In this document: positions 9,927-20,281 of the stretch, piece after piece
Layout: every line of letters begins with the position of its first letter
Numbering within the stretch: the first letter of the stretch is position 1
Assembly (NCBI GenBank): GCA_937625935.1
Contig: OW569360.1
Location: 186,001 to 250,000, forward strand
Length of the DNA: 64,000 bases
Source of the DNA: Tetramitus jugosus
Lineage: Eukaryota; Protista; Heterolobosea
Direction: 5' to 3'
Position numbers and translations under genes: made by a program
Notes under the pieces: model-generated
What the model saw: only the letters and a program-made list of their open reading frames with translations
Databases searched by the model: none
Told to the model about the DNA's origin: nothing

Positions 9927-12788
9927 ATGACAGAGAATCACTCTTCATCTTCCCTGTTTACCCTCTGGTTACCAACCTCTCAACACTCCAAATACACCTT
10001 TCCCATCTCCAGTTTCATGGAAAAGGAATTTGATGCCACTGCTTTTGTGACCAAATATAGAACACAGGTCGATTCATGGCAGACACTACAGATTGAATGC
10101 ACAGAACTATTGGCATTCCTACATGAACAAACCATATCACTCATTCATCAGGACTATCAATCCTTTATTGAATTCTCTGCTCATCTCAATCAAATGAGTC
10201 ATCAAGTGGACAATGTTCACATTCCATTGAACTCGATTCAACAACCATTGCATGTGTTTCATAGCTCTGTAGAACGTGTGTTGCACTCGATTCGAAACAA
10301 GTGTCATGTCATATCACGTGCACAACTCAAGAAGCACATTGCAAGTACACTGTTGCACTGTCATCACGTACTGCAACAAGTCATTGACTGTTTCAATCAT
10401 GATTTGAATAAGAGCAACAACAATAATACTGATCCATACCATGTAGTAGTGAATCATAATCGTAATAATAAGAATAATAGTGAACAAGAAGAAGAAGAAG
10501 AAGAACAACAACAACAGTGTATCAGAGTAGCGACACAGTTGCAATACTTGGATCAATTGTTGAATAATCATGTCAATCAATGCATGCAATCACTATTCAC
10601 ATCATCAACAAGTACAACCACTACACCATCAGACAATACCACGAATAATAATACTAATAATAATAATAACAACATGAATCAACAACAACAACAACAACAA
10701 CAAGATGAAAAGAATCATCATTTAAATGTTTTGAAATCCATGCATGAACAGTGTCTCACTCTCTTTCAATCCATTGATGATCAATTCATGAATTTTTTAG
10801 CATCCAAATTCGAATCCATGACTCAACAATACACAACTACTCCTACTACTACTATCACTACTACTACTAGTAACAACACGAGTAAGATCAATAAGACTAC
10901 TAGTTCGTCATCATCATCACTCATCCAGTTCATGAACTGTATTATATCATGTTATCATATCATGAATCGATATCATTCTCACTTGATTCAACACATTGAA
11001 CAATATTGGCTGAATGCACTGTGTGATAGTCTCTTTTCATCCTATAAATCATCATCATCATCAACAGCTAGTTCATCATCATCATCATCACTATTGTATG
11101 ATCGAATGCTATTGTTGTTGACTGATCGTAGCAAATGGTACATGATTATTGTAGAGTGTGGACAGTATGAACACATTTTGTTTTCTCTGTTGTTGCCCCG
11201 ATTGGTTCGTGAACTGAGTGCACTCAAGCACTTGTACGAATGCAGAGATCGTATCAAATTCCATGAACAGTATCACGAACAGACCATGTTTTTTCAGAAA
11301 TGGAAACAAGCCTATTCTACTACAGCTAGTAGCAGTGATGGCGATAATAATAACAATAATAATAACAATAATAATAACAATAACAATAATCATAATAGTA
11401 GCGGTACTAACAACAGTGAGTGGTCATACGAGTCAAAGTTTGATCAAATGATACAACCATTGAATCAAAAGTGGAATTTTCAAGTGTATTTTAAACTGTT
11501 GAAGCAGCACTTGTGTCGATTGTTTGTTCAGCAATTTATCATGGATTGGTCATCCTTGTCCTCATCTAATCAACAACAACAACAACAATTGAAGCAATCC
11601 TTTGTGTCCCATACAGTGTCAAACAAGACCAATCATGACGATGAATCAGAGGAGGAGGAGGATGACGATGAGTTTGTCGATGCAAATGAAAATCACAACA
11701 TGGCCACTCGTAGCAGCAACAGCAACAATACTGTGAAGCATTCGATAACCTATCGTTTCAAGTACACAATCTTTCATCAGTTCAATCAATTCATTATGAA
11801 CCAATTGTTTCATAAACAAGTGTTTATTGATCAATTGATGAGTTCATTCATGGAGTTGTTCATTGTCTTGTTGAATCAATTCAATCAACATATTCAATCT
11901 CAATTGTCTGTGATTGTACCATTGTCGGCATCCTCATCATCCGCTTCCATGGATATGAATATTCACTTGTGTCACACCTTCTGTGATATTCAATTGCTGT
12001 ACTTTAAACTGAAGCACTATTTACCAATCCGGATCAATGATGAACTCTTGTCGACTTATCACAAGAAGAATGATTCCCTCAAACAATTAGTGAGTCAATT
12101 GTTGGAAAATTTGTTGAATGACCGGTTGATTGGAAGCGGCAGTGTATCAGCACTACTAGCGCCAACAACATCTCCAACAACAACACCATTATCGATTCAA
12201 CACATTGTCCAGCGACATTTGATACAGAGTGTAAGTCAACAGTGCATTGAAGGATTGAAAAATTTAGGTAGTATCACAACTGCAATGAGAAGCAACAATA
12301 ACGCCGCACCGAGTAACTATGTGCCAGTGTTATTGAAACAATTGATTACATTTGTGAGAAAAACTCAGAACGAAGTACAGGCAACACGCCGAGTGCGACA
12401 CATTATCGATTTCAATGATACTCATAAGGACACGATTACCTTGCTTCCATGGAGCGTGGTTTCTAGTTGGATTAGAGAAATTTTAAATCAATTGTGTGAG
12501 GCATATTGGCTCAAGGCGTTGGATCATTTGAGAACAATGCAAAAGACTCAAGCGACAATGTTGAGACTTAAGTTGAAGAATTCATCAGTAACAACAGATT
12601 CTGTTGACAAAGAGTTGAACGAAATGATTGACCGGATGATTGATCAAATTCATGTTGATGTCCGTGAGCTGAATAACATTGTTGCTTCCTCATTCCTTGC
12701 CCCTGATGAATCGCAAACAATATGTCAATACCTTCAGAACTGCTCATCCTTCCAGAGACTGTTAAACTTTACGCGTTTGGATCTGTAA
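9927..12788 (+). CDS. COG2: Conserved oligomeric Golgi complex subunit 2
   Basis: N-terminal FDATAFV...LIHQDYQSFIEFS and internal KWNFQVYFKL and PSNYV motifs, interrupted by poly-N/Q/S/T tracts. Confidence 0.72.
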   Translation: MTENHSSSSLFTLWLPTSQHSKYTFPISSFMEKEFDATAFVTKYRTQVDSWQTLQIECTELLAFLHEQTISLIHQDYQSFIEFSAHLNQMSHQVDNVHIPLNSIQQPLHVFHSSVERVLHSIRNKCHVISRAQLKKHIASTLLHCHHVLQQVIDCFNHDLNKSNNNNTDPYHVVVNHNRNNKNNSEQEEEEEEQQQQCIRVATQLQYLDQLLNNHVNQCMQSLFTSSTSTTTTPSDNTTNNNTNNNNNNMNQQQQQQQQDEKNHHLNVLKSMHEQCLTLFQSIDDQFMNFLASKFESMTQQYTTTPTTTITTTTSNNTSKINKTTSSSSSSLIQFMNCIISCYHIMNRYHSHLIQHIEQYWLNALCDSLFSSYKSSSSSTASSSSSSSLLYDRMLLLLTDRSKWYMIIVECGQYEHILFSLLLPRLVRELSALKHLYECRDRIKFHEQYHEQTMFFQKWKQAYSTTASSSDGDNNNNNNNNNNNNNNNHNSSGTNNSEWSYESKFDQMIQPLNQKWNFQVYFKLLKQHLCRLFVQQFIMDWSSLSSSNQQQQQQLKQSFVSHTVSNKTNHDDESEEEEDDDEFVDANENHNMATRSSNSNNTVKHSITYRFKYTIFHQFNQFIMNQLFHKQVFIDQLMSSFMELFIVLLNQFNQHIQSQLSVIVPLSASSSSASMDMNIHLCHTFCDIQLLYFKLKHYLPIRINDELLSTYHKKNDSLKQLVSQLLENLLNDRLIGSGSVSALLAPTTSPTTTPLSIQHIVQRHLIQSVSQQCIEGLKNLGSITTAMRSNNNAAPSNYVPVLLKQLITFVRKTQNEVQATRRVRHIIDFNDTHKDTITLLPWSVVSSWIREILNQLCEAYWLKALDHLRTMQKTQATMLRLKLKNSSVTTDSVDKELNEMIDRMIDQIHVDVRELNNIVASSFLAPDESQTICQYLQNCSSFQRLLNFTRLDL

Positions 12789-12982
12789 TAATATTCTCAT
12801 TCGGTCTGTTCGTGCTTGAGCGAAAATCACCCAGGGAAGACAATTGCTACTATCTGCCTGAAGGGAATGGAATAAAAGTGTGATATGGCTTGTTAATGGT
12901 CGTTGAGATAGAACACAAAAATTTATTGAAGAGATTGGTTGACAAAAACTTTTAGTCCTAGAAAAACAGACCAATCGTCGTC

Positions 12983-13819
12983 ATGAGCACAGCAGTAGCT
13001 CGAGATGTTTCCCTCTCAATGCTTATGAATGTGAAGCAATCAATCCAGAAAAACTCCCAAAAAATAGTCAAGGTCCAGCACCACTTCAATATTGTAGACA
13101 ATCTGGATTATTCTAAATTGATGCGAGGTCATTCAATTACGGTACAAGATTACGAAGAGACATTTTATGACACGAAAAAGAACGATCTTATGAAACGGAG
13201 CATATGGTGCAAAAAAGTTCTTGCAGGCAAGAAAACATGGTACATTATCAAGTTTAGTGTGAAAAAAGAAGGGCCTCTATGCTACATCGAAGTGAGAGTT
13301 GAAACAATGTCTGAAATGAAGGAGGTTGTTCTGACAATTGTTGATATGATTGACAAGAGCACATCTCATGATATGGCAACGAGGCTTGGAGATTCACTTC
13401 AGGAGTATTATTTCCCTGTGGTTCGATACACTCTTATCCCAAAGGCAACAGATTCCGAATACAAAATCACCATTGATAATATGATGTGTAAGGATACTTT
13501 TTACACGGTCTGTGCTGTTCAGACACAATGCACAATGGAACAAGTTGATGAATTCTCCAATCAAGTGAACACACAGCTACAATCCAAAATCAAGACTACT
13601 GGGCTCCCTGCTCTGAGCAAAATTGGCTTTTATTTACGTGAATTGCATCCATGTCTGTTTGGAGAACTCAAGCTCATATTTGGCACACATCCTTTTAACA
13701 CAGATGTTGTTTTTTTCGATATGGACGATGTGTATTCACTTGATAGAGCCAAAGCGAACCCAAAGTACAATGTCGAGGAGGCTATTCGAGGATCTCACTC
13801 ACGCCATTGCGAAGAATAA
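12983..13819 (+). CDS. Divergent CYTH / thiamine-triphosphatase-like protein
   Basis: ETFYDT..DLMKRSIW, WYIIK, YKITID and SKIGFYLRELHP occur in THTPA-like order; catalytic ExExK is absent. Confidence 0.5.
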   Translation: MSTAVARDVSLSMLMNVKQSIQKNSQKIVKVQHHFNIVDNLDYSKLMRGHSITVQDYEETFYDTKKNDLMKRSIWCKKVLAGKKTWYIIKFSVKKEGPLCYIEVRVETMSEMKEVVLTIVDMIDKSTSHDMATRLGDSLQEYYFPVVRYTLIPKATDSEYKITIDNMMCKDTFYTVCAVQTQCTMEQVDEFSNQVNTQLQSKIKTTGLPALSKIGFYLRELHPCLFGELKLIFGTHPFNTDVVFFDMDDVYSLDRAKANPKYNVEEAIRGSHSRHCEE

Positions 13820-14307
13820 ACCCTATTTCAATCACAATTTTCAGTGATGCTCCAACGGAATCGGGTCGCTATTCAACTTTAAAGAAGTAAATTTTTCTGT
13901 GCTCTCAGATACTACGAATTTGATATTCTTTCGATAACAATCTTTATTCAGCAGTTGAGTCTTCTTTTCTTAGTTCTAAGTGCCACGAGAGTGGCTTTCC
14001 AAAAAGTGGGAAAAACCACAGCCATTAGTCGCAACTGAAAGTGTTCCAGATAGTAAAAGGCGATCAGGAAATTACTGTTTTCAGAGACGCACGCTGTGTT
14101 GATGTTTGGTGCAATGTAGCAGCAACAAACCTGGTCGCTTTATGCGATTCTTCAATTGCTTTTTTTCTTTTTTCAATATGGGAGAAAAAGAGATGAAATG
14201 TAGCGTTGGTTCCAGTGTGTCATTGCGCCTTCACTGAATGGGTGGACAAACAAGCAATCCAACAGCTTTTGGATCCTATATTTCATTTATTGAGAGGAAT
14301 TCGACTG

Positions 14308-16885
14308 TTATGATCGGTGGCTGGGTGGCGTTCTTGATCCCTCGCGACGACTGTCTGCATATCGATCATACGGATGCTGTCTGTAGGGTGGTTGTTGATC
14401 ATATCTTCTTCTACCGCCGCCGTAGCTACGGTTATACGATGGTGGAGGTACACCTTGATAACGCCCATAGTTTGGTTCTGGTTGTAGTGGTTGATCTCTT
14501 CTGGAGTCAGGGTACGAAGGGTGATGAGGAGGTGCACCTCCACTATAGTAGGGTTCAGCTCTTCTACCATATCGATCACCACCGCCATGTTGTTCTTCAT
14601 TGTAATACTCTGGCTGACCGCCACTACCATAAGGAGGATAAGGTGCATTGGAACCGTAGTGTGAATCACGTGGTGGATACTGTGGTGGATTGTAATCTCC
14701 ATATCTGCCGCCTCCCTCATCTCTTCTTGCTCTCTTGTGTGGTCTATAGTACTCTCCATCATCTGCTGGATAGGATTGAGGTGGTTCATATGCACCACCG
14801 TGACCATATCGATGTGGCTCATCTGACTCGTATCGAGGTCGAGTATGTGGTGGATGCTGCTGCTGCTGCTGTTGTTGTGAATCCAGGTGCGGTTGCTGGT
14901 AGGGCTTCTTTGGTACAATACGATCCTCATCTCTCAACCGCTTCACTTCAAACTTCTTGAGGAACATGGCCGTGTTGATGTCTCTCACTTGAATCACCCG
15001 AGCTCTTTCCTCTCGACTCATATTGTCGAACAATGAAAGCTTTTGTTCAATGCTTTCCTTTTGCTGATCTGCAAAATACTTGGCTTGCTGTTCCACTTGT
15101 TCCATAAAGTCATCAGGCATGTCAGACAGTGCAATGAATGGAACTTTGGTGGAGAAGAGTGGACCGACATGTTGAAGCATCTTTGTGAGATAGGATTGAT
15201 CAATGCCTCGGAATCCAACACACACGGCATAGACTTCTGAACTGCTGCTCTTTGTGGTGACTGGTTTCGTAATGGTCACACTCTCAAACACACAATTCAA
15301 CAAGTACAGCATGGAGATGCTAATAGGTTCCAACAGTGTAAGGAATTTGATGATAAATGAACCACCAGTGCCCAGTATGCCCAGAGCTGCTGTAATCTCT
15401 GCAAATTTGAGAGAGGCAAGAATGTTTTCTTGATCGTAGGGATCATCAGACACTTTGACACCACCGTCTGCTGTTACAATCATTACTGGATGATTCTTAT
15501 CCAACTTGCTTTGATCACTTGTTGTCTTGCTAGTAGTAGCACACTTTTCAACAATCGTGTTCCACATGTGTTCAATATTTGTGCTGTTGGTAATGTCTCC
15601 AGTCTTGTCCACTCCGTACAACCAATGACTCTCCGTCTCTCGTACCATTCTCATATCATACAATGAATTTTCATCAGAGACGGACAATGAATTGGCAAAC
15701 CATTGCCAATCAATACTAGTACCATCACTCTTCTTACCATCACTACTACCATTACTACTACTACTACCACTACTGCTGCTGCTATTATACTCTGTCTTGA
15801 GAAAATGATTGAGAGCACAAATGAAACCACCTGGTGCTTCACACAAGTGCAATGAATTCAATTGTATTTTTTGTTGTTGCTGTGGTTCAGTTGTAGTAGT
15901 AGTAGTAGTAGCAGCAGCAGCATTATTGTTGTTGATGTGTGATGAATTTTGAAGAATGTGAGTCATCATGTGTGGAGTCGTCTTCAAGAATTCAAACATT
16001 TTGATCCATCCTCTCGTACACATCTCTGCATTGCACGCAATCTTCAATTCTTTGGGCACAGAGGCCACAGGATTCATCATGAACGCATGTCGATTCCACG
16101 CATCAAAATTCACTCCTTCGAATCGTGCCTTACTCTGATTCAAATCATTTCTAATTCTCAATAATTTCTCCTTGATCAACTCATCTCTCTTATTCACAAC
16201 AGTAGTAGTAGCAGTAGTAGCAGTAGCAGTACTATTATCGACATTGTTTGTTTCATCATCAATCTCATTACTTGTAGTAGTAGTAGCAGTAGTAGTAGCA
16301 GAAGTAGCAGAAGTAGTAGCAGGTGGTGAAGAAGCAAAGAATCGATCCAATGATGGCAGAGAGTATTCATTGTTGTTGTGAAAAGTGAATTTACATTTCA
16401 AGAGTTGCTCAGAGGAAGAAGCATCCTCTTCTGTCCATATGGGCTCTACATTGAAATTGGATCGAATACCTGATGCTGATGATGATGATGATGGATGATC
16501 ACGTGATGATTGATATTGTCTGGATTGACCAAGTGTAAGCCATTGAGCAGACAATGTAGTGGATTGAATGTGTGTATTGTTGACAAAGTGAAAGCATTGT
16601 TGTGCGTCCTTTTGTGTCATGAATCTGTTGTCAATAGCAACAACCTGTTGTGTGAGATCACCAGATCAACGCTAAACAAAAACATAAAAATTCGAACAGA
16701 ACTGTGACATGTACATACTCTACAACACATGAAGTATAGTTACTGTTGACAGTTGGTGCGGAACTGTCCATGAAAATTCGATGAATGATACCACATGATG
16801 ACACCAGTTCATACACTTGGCTCTCTGTTGTATTCTTTTGAAGATTAGAGATCTTGACTAGATGTCTACCCTTGTCTCTGCTCAT
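14308..16885 (-). CDS. CMTR2: Cap2-type FtsJ-fold 2'-O-ribose methyltransferase with N-terminal RRM, 2 exons (intron 16718-16625)
   Basis: AEMCTRGWIKMFE, LHLCEAPGGFICALNHFL, TADGG, FIIKF and SSEVY give the K-D-K-E tetrad. Upstream exon encodes an RRM-like region (VKISNL...CVVEF) joined by a GTATGT..CAG intron. P/Y/G/R-rich tail. Confidence 0.85.
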
Positions 16886-16969
16886 TGATGAACTCTTGTG
16901 AATGTTGATCAATCGTCACGCACTTGATAATTGTATCGATCAACAATTGTGTGTGTTTTTTTTTTCAGT

Positions 16970-16985
16970 GAGGTCGTTTTTTTTG
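16970..16985 (+). repeat. Left terminal inverted repeat GAGGTCGTTTTTTTTG
   Basis: Exact reverse complement of 20755-20770. Confidence 0.93.
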
Positions 16986-17117
16986 TCACCACAACACATC
17001 ACAAAAAAAAGAAAAATTTGTTCTCACACATCCACCCACCAAAATATTTGAGACAAAATTGCTTCTACCACAAAGGTTGTTTCATTTTGCACAAATAAAA
17101 AAAAAATATACTTTATT

Positions 17118-18239
17118 TCAATTGTACAGTTTTTCACAGTCAATAACAGTGAATTCTGTTATAACATTGAAATCCTTGCTCCTCTCAACACATATCTCAT
17201 GCTCTCCTTCAACGTAGGACAATTTTACATCACCATCAACTATATCCTTTGCTTCAACCACGAGTTCATCAAATGAACTACACACAACTTTCCACTTTTT
17301 CTCATCATATCTTAGAAACAGACATTTCTTTTCCATTTCATTATCCACCTCACCGCAATCTCTCTTGATCAACTTTGTACAAAGTCCAATTAACGCTGCA
17401 TATTCCTTTGTGACATTCATCATTTCTCTTTGATTGCTGGCATAATTGATGTATGATTTGGCCTGTTCCGATGCAATATAGTTGTTTCTAACGATCGATT
17501 CTTCATATCTTTTGTTTCTATTCAATGACTGACTTGAGTCTATAATGTCGTCTGACAATTGTGATGCATCAGTGGCCATAGTCGTTGTACTATAACACAA
17601 CACATTTTCATCTTCGAGCAACATTACAAAGGCTTCGTCCAGCGAAGATTCTAATTCACAGTGCGCTCTCCATTGATCATGTGACCATGGTATGATCTCA
17701 CCCTCACCTTCCACTCCCAATGCATCCTTCAGGGTGTTTAACTCTTTGACTGGCTTTGGTAATTTCGTTGTTTCCTTACCACGTCCAAATATAGACTTCA
17801 ACCAAACAGAGTCAATTTCAGGCGGGAACAGAATATCCTGGATTTTGTTCTCTTTCGTCTTTGTACCTCTCCAGTTCAGAGTAGCGAGTGCAACGGCTTT
17901 GTTGTTGATCATCAATACAATTTCATCCCCAACATCAACATCATCTGTTTCATTGTTGATCGTCTTTCTCCATGAAGAAAAGGCAGATGATATCTTTTTC
18001 TTGTAATCACTGGCGTCTCTCTCAGGATATCCTTTTTTTATCATCTCTTCGCCAATTCGAAACGTATGATCCTTCACAACGGCTCTAATAGCGGCTTCAA
18101 CTTCCGAGTTGGTGTAATTGGGTCCTCTTTTTCTTTTTTCTTCTTGTGGAGACTGGATCGTTGATTGTCTTTTCGAAGAACTCTTAGATGGTGTGTTGTT
18201 CTTCTCCTTCGCTTTCTCCTTGGTCTTCCCTTTGGTCAT
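17118..18239 (-). CDS. Transposon ORF2: Myb/SANT-like DNA-binding protein with possible C-terminal PB1-like domain
   Basis: Basic NLS then KRKRGPNYTNSEVEAAIRAV, typical of Harbinger Myb-like partners; lies within the TIRs and overlaps the transposase 3' end by 56 nt. Confidence 0.65.
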   Translation of the reverse strand: MTKGKTKEKAKEKNNTPSKSSSKRQSTIQSPQEEKRKRGPNYTNSEVEAAIRAVVKDHTFRIGEEMIKKGYPERDASDYKKKISSAFSSWRKTINNETDDVDVGDEIVLMINNKAVALATLNWRGTKTKENKIQDILFPPEIDSVWLKSIFGRGKETTKLPKPVKELNTLKDALGVEGEGEIIPWSHDQWRAHCELESSLDEAFVMLLEDENVLCYSTTTMATDASQLSDDIIDSSQSLNRNKRYEESIVRNNYIASEQAKSYINYASNQREMMNVTKEYAALIGLCTKLIKRDCGEVDNEMEKKCLFLRYDEKKWKVVCSSFDELVVEAKDIVDGDVKLSYVEGEHEICVERSKDFNVITEFTVIDCEKLYN

Positions 18240-19563
18240 CTGTTGTTGTTATAGTTGTTAGAAGAGGTGTTGTTGTTGTTTGATTTTCACAAACTCGGGA
18301 GAACTTTTGTCGGAGGTGCTCATCAAAATTCGAAACAGATTCGGGGGTCCGAATCGGATGTTGTTGTAAAAATCGATTCGTCAGACAGGCACAAACCATT
18401 GCTACAACTGGTAATAGTGCGATATTATAGCGGAACCGGGATGCTAAAATCTCATATCGCTTGATAAATCCGATTGTGCACTCGACAATGACGCGTTCAA
18501 CTTTTTGGAAATGTTGAAGGGCATCGTCCTCCTTCAAATCATCAGGTGTCACCAATGACAACCCAAGATTCTTTGAGCGAAATCCTCCATCAGCACAAAG
18601 TTTTTTTCCTTCTGGCAACAGAGATATAACGTTGGATAATGAAAAGATTAGTTGATCATTGGATGCGCCACGATAACCAACAGACATGTGAATAATATTA
18701 CCACATCGGTCAACAGTGATTTGACCAATGATGGCATGACCCTTATCTTTCCGATAATACCGACTTTGGTCATACCTTGTTCGACCAATCTTGAAATGTG
18801 AGTGATCCACAGATCCCACTGTGTCAAGAAGGGGATGCGGACTGTTCCAACTCTGTGGAATTGTAATGTTGTCCTTTTCAGTAACAAAAATAGCCATGAG
18901 TACATGACGGAAATCGTTACTTATAGCTGCTTTGGAGTAACCAAAGTTAACTTCAATGACTGAAAGTTTACAAGATTGCCTAAGGATCATTAGGCAAGCT
19001 AGTAGTCGATTGGCAGGTGATAGTCTGTTAGTATATGGTTTCTTTCTCTTGGATTGAATGGACTGTGATAAAAAATGAGCATTTTTTGGTGCCATTATTT
19101 TCTCTCTTGTTCGAGTCAGAAGGTCCAAGAAGTCCTGGTGAGACATGCCAGTGTATGGAACAAATTGCTCTGGTGTTTTGCTCAAAATGGCATAGAAGTC
19201 ATTTCGATTGATTGATTTCTTTCTTTTTCTTAAGAAGGAATTACCTTTACCGATTCCTGGTAATGTTGCCTTTTGAAATAACTTCTTTACTTTATTGTTT
19301 GGATGCGGTAGTTGAATTAGAAGCGGTGGGGGTGATCTTGATAGAATGTTAAGAATGTAATTGGTATTTTTTGGTAGTGTTTGTTTGTGTTGTTGTAGTT
19401 GTTGAAGTATCTGTCGTAGATGTTTCATATCTTGTGATAATAAGTGAAGTTGTGATGATATAATTGTGTCAATATGAATGGGTTCGATGAATAAACAGTT
19501 TGATGTGAGTGGTGGTGGTGGTATGTGTATGAGTATCTTCTCCCATGTTGTTATGCTCTTCAT
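18184..19563 (-). CDS. PIF/Harbinger-type DDE transposase (HTH + DDE_Tnp_4)
   Basis: FVPYTGMSHQDF, HTH (LSPANRLLACLMILRQ..FGYSKAAIS), GSVDHSH (D), GASNDQ, CADGGF (D), RVIVECTIGFIKR (E); no stops. Confidence 0.92.
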   Translation of the reverse strand: MKSITTWEKILIHIPPPPLTSNCLFIEPIHIDTIISSQLHLLSQDMKHLRQILQQLQQHKQTLPKNTNYILNILSRSPPPLLIQLPHPNNKVKKLFQKATLPGIGKGNSFLRKRKKSINRNDFYAILSKTPEQFVPYTGMSHQDFLDLLTRTREKIMAPKNAHFLSQSIQSKRKKPYTNRLSPANRLLACLMILRQSCKLSVIEVNFGYSKAAISNDFRHVLMAIFVTEKDNITIPQSWNSPHPLLDTVGSVDHSHFKIGRTRYDQSRYYRKDKGHAIIGQITVDRCGNIIHMSVGYRGASNDQLIFSLSNVISLLPEGKKLCADGGFRSKNLGLSLVTPDDLKEDDALQHFQKVERVIVECTIGFIKRYEILASRFRYNIALLPVVAMVCACLTNRFLQQHPIRTPESVSNFDEHLRQKFSRVCENQTTTTPLLTTITTTDDQREDQGESEGEEQHTI

Positions 19564-19636
19564 TTTTTGATGGTCTTAATTTTTAGATTCTCCGTTGGAC
19601 GATCCAATTTCTCCGATTTCCGAGCAAAATCACAAA

Positions 19637-20281
19637 ATGTCTGCACCTGCAGTGCCACAACCTGTTCATAACAACAATGGTGAGAACAGAGAAAGATCAG
19701 ATGAGGAGATCAACATGATCAACCTCATCTGCGAACAGTTTATTACAAACATGCAGAGGTATTGTAATATAGGTGTTGGTATTACTCTGTATTCAGAGTC
19801 TCCAGCATTTTATAATGTTAGCTGGTCAACGGCAGGTCAGAACCGTCAACACAAATACCCACTTCTTAAGTTGCGTGATATTGCCCCACTTGATTATGAC
19901 GAAGATACCAACATCATCGTTTCGGTGGAAAGCGCAAAAAAATTTTTGACCAGCGCACTGAGTGATGGGGCCTCATCCAGCCGCGACTTGAGAATTTTTA
20001 TGGCGGTTAAATTTTTGGAAAACAACGGTTACGAACCATCGAACTTTATCGATTTGAATCGATATTGGGCACTGTGTCAATATCATTCGTTTTGTTCTCA
20101 TATCAATCAGTTGATCCTTGGTTGTTCGATTGGTAATCCAGGTACGTTTTTTTTTACTAAAGTGTCAGCATCTGTTTATGTCAAGTATTATCGAGAAAGG
20201 GTCGTTGGTGATGATGGTTCCTTCGTTGACCCTGTGATAAGAGAGATTGTGTTGATGATCAAGAATCATAATAATATATAA
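19637..20281 (+). CDS. Transposon-borne orphan ORF3 (about 214 aa), unknown function
   Basis: Open, complex-composition ORF inside the TIRs, divergent from the transposase; stop overlaps AATAAA. Confidence 0.7.
   Translation: MSAPAVPQPVHNNNGENRERSDEEINMINLICEQFITNMQRYCNIGVGITLYSESPAFYNVSWSTAGQNRQHKYPLLKLRDIAPLDYDEDTNIIVSVESAKKFLTSALSDGASSSRDLRIFMAVKFLENNGYEPSNFIDLNRYWALCQYHSFCSHINQLILGCSIGNPGTFFFTKVSASVYVKYYRERVVGDDGSFVDPVIREIVLMIKNHNNI

Noticed and set aside
14238-14960. 240-aa plus-strand ORF and 215-aa alternate-frame ORF over the CMTR2 tail
   Set aside because: Shadow frames of a low-complexity coding region; no motifs.
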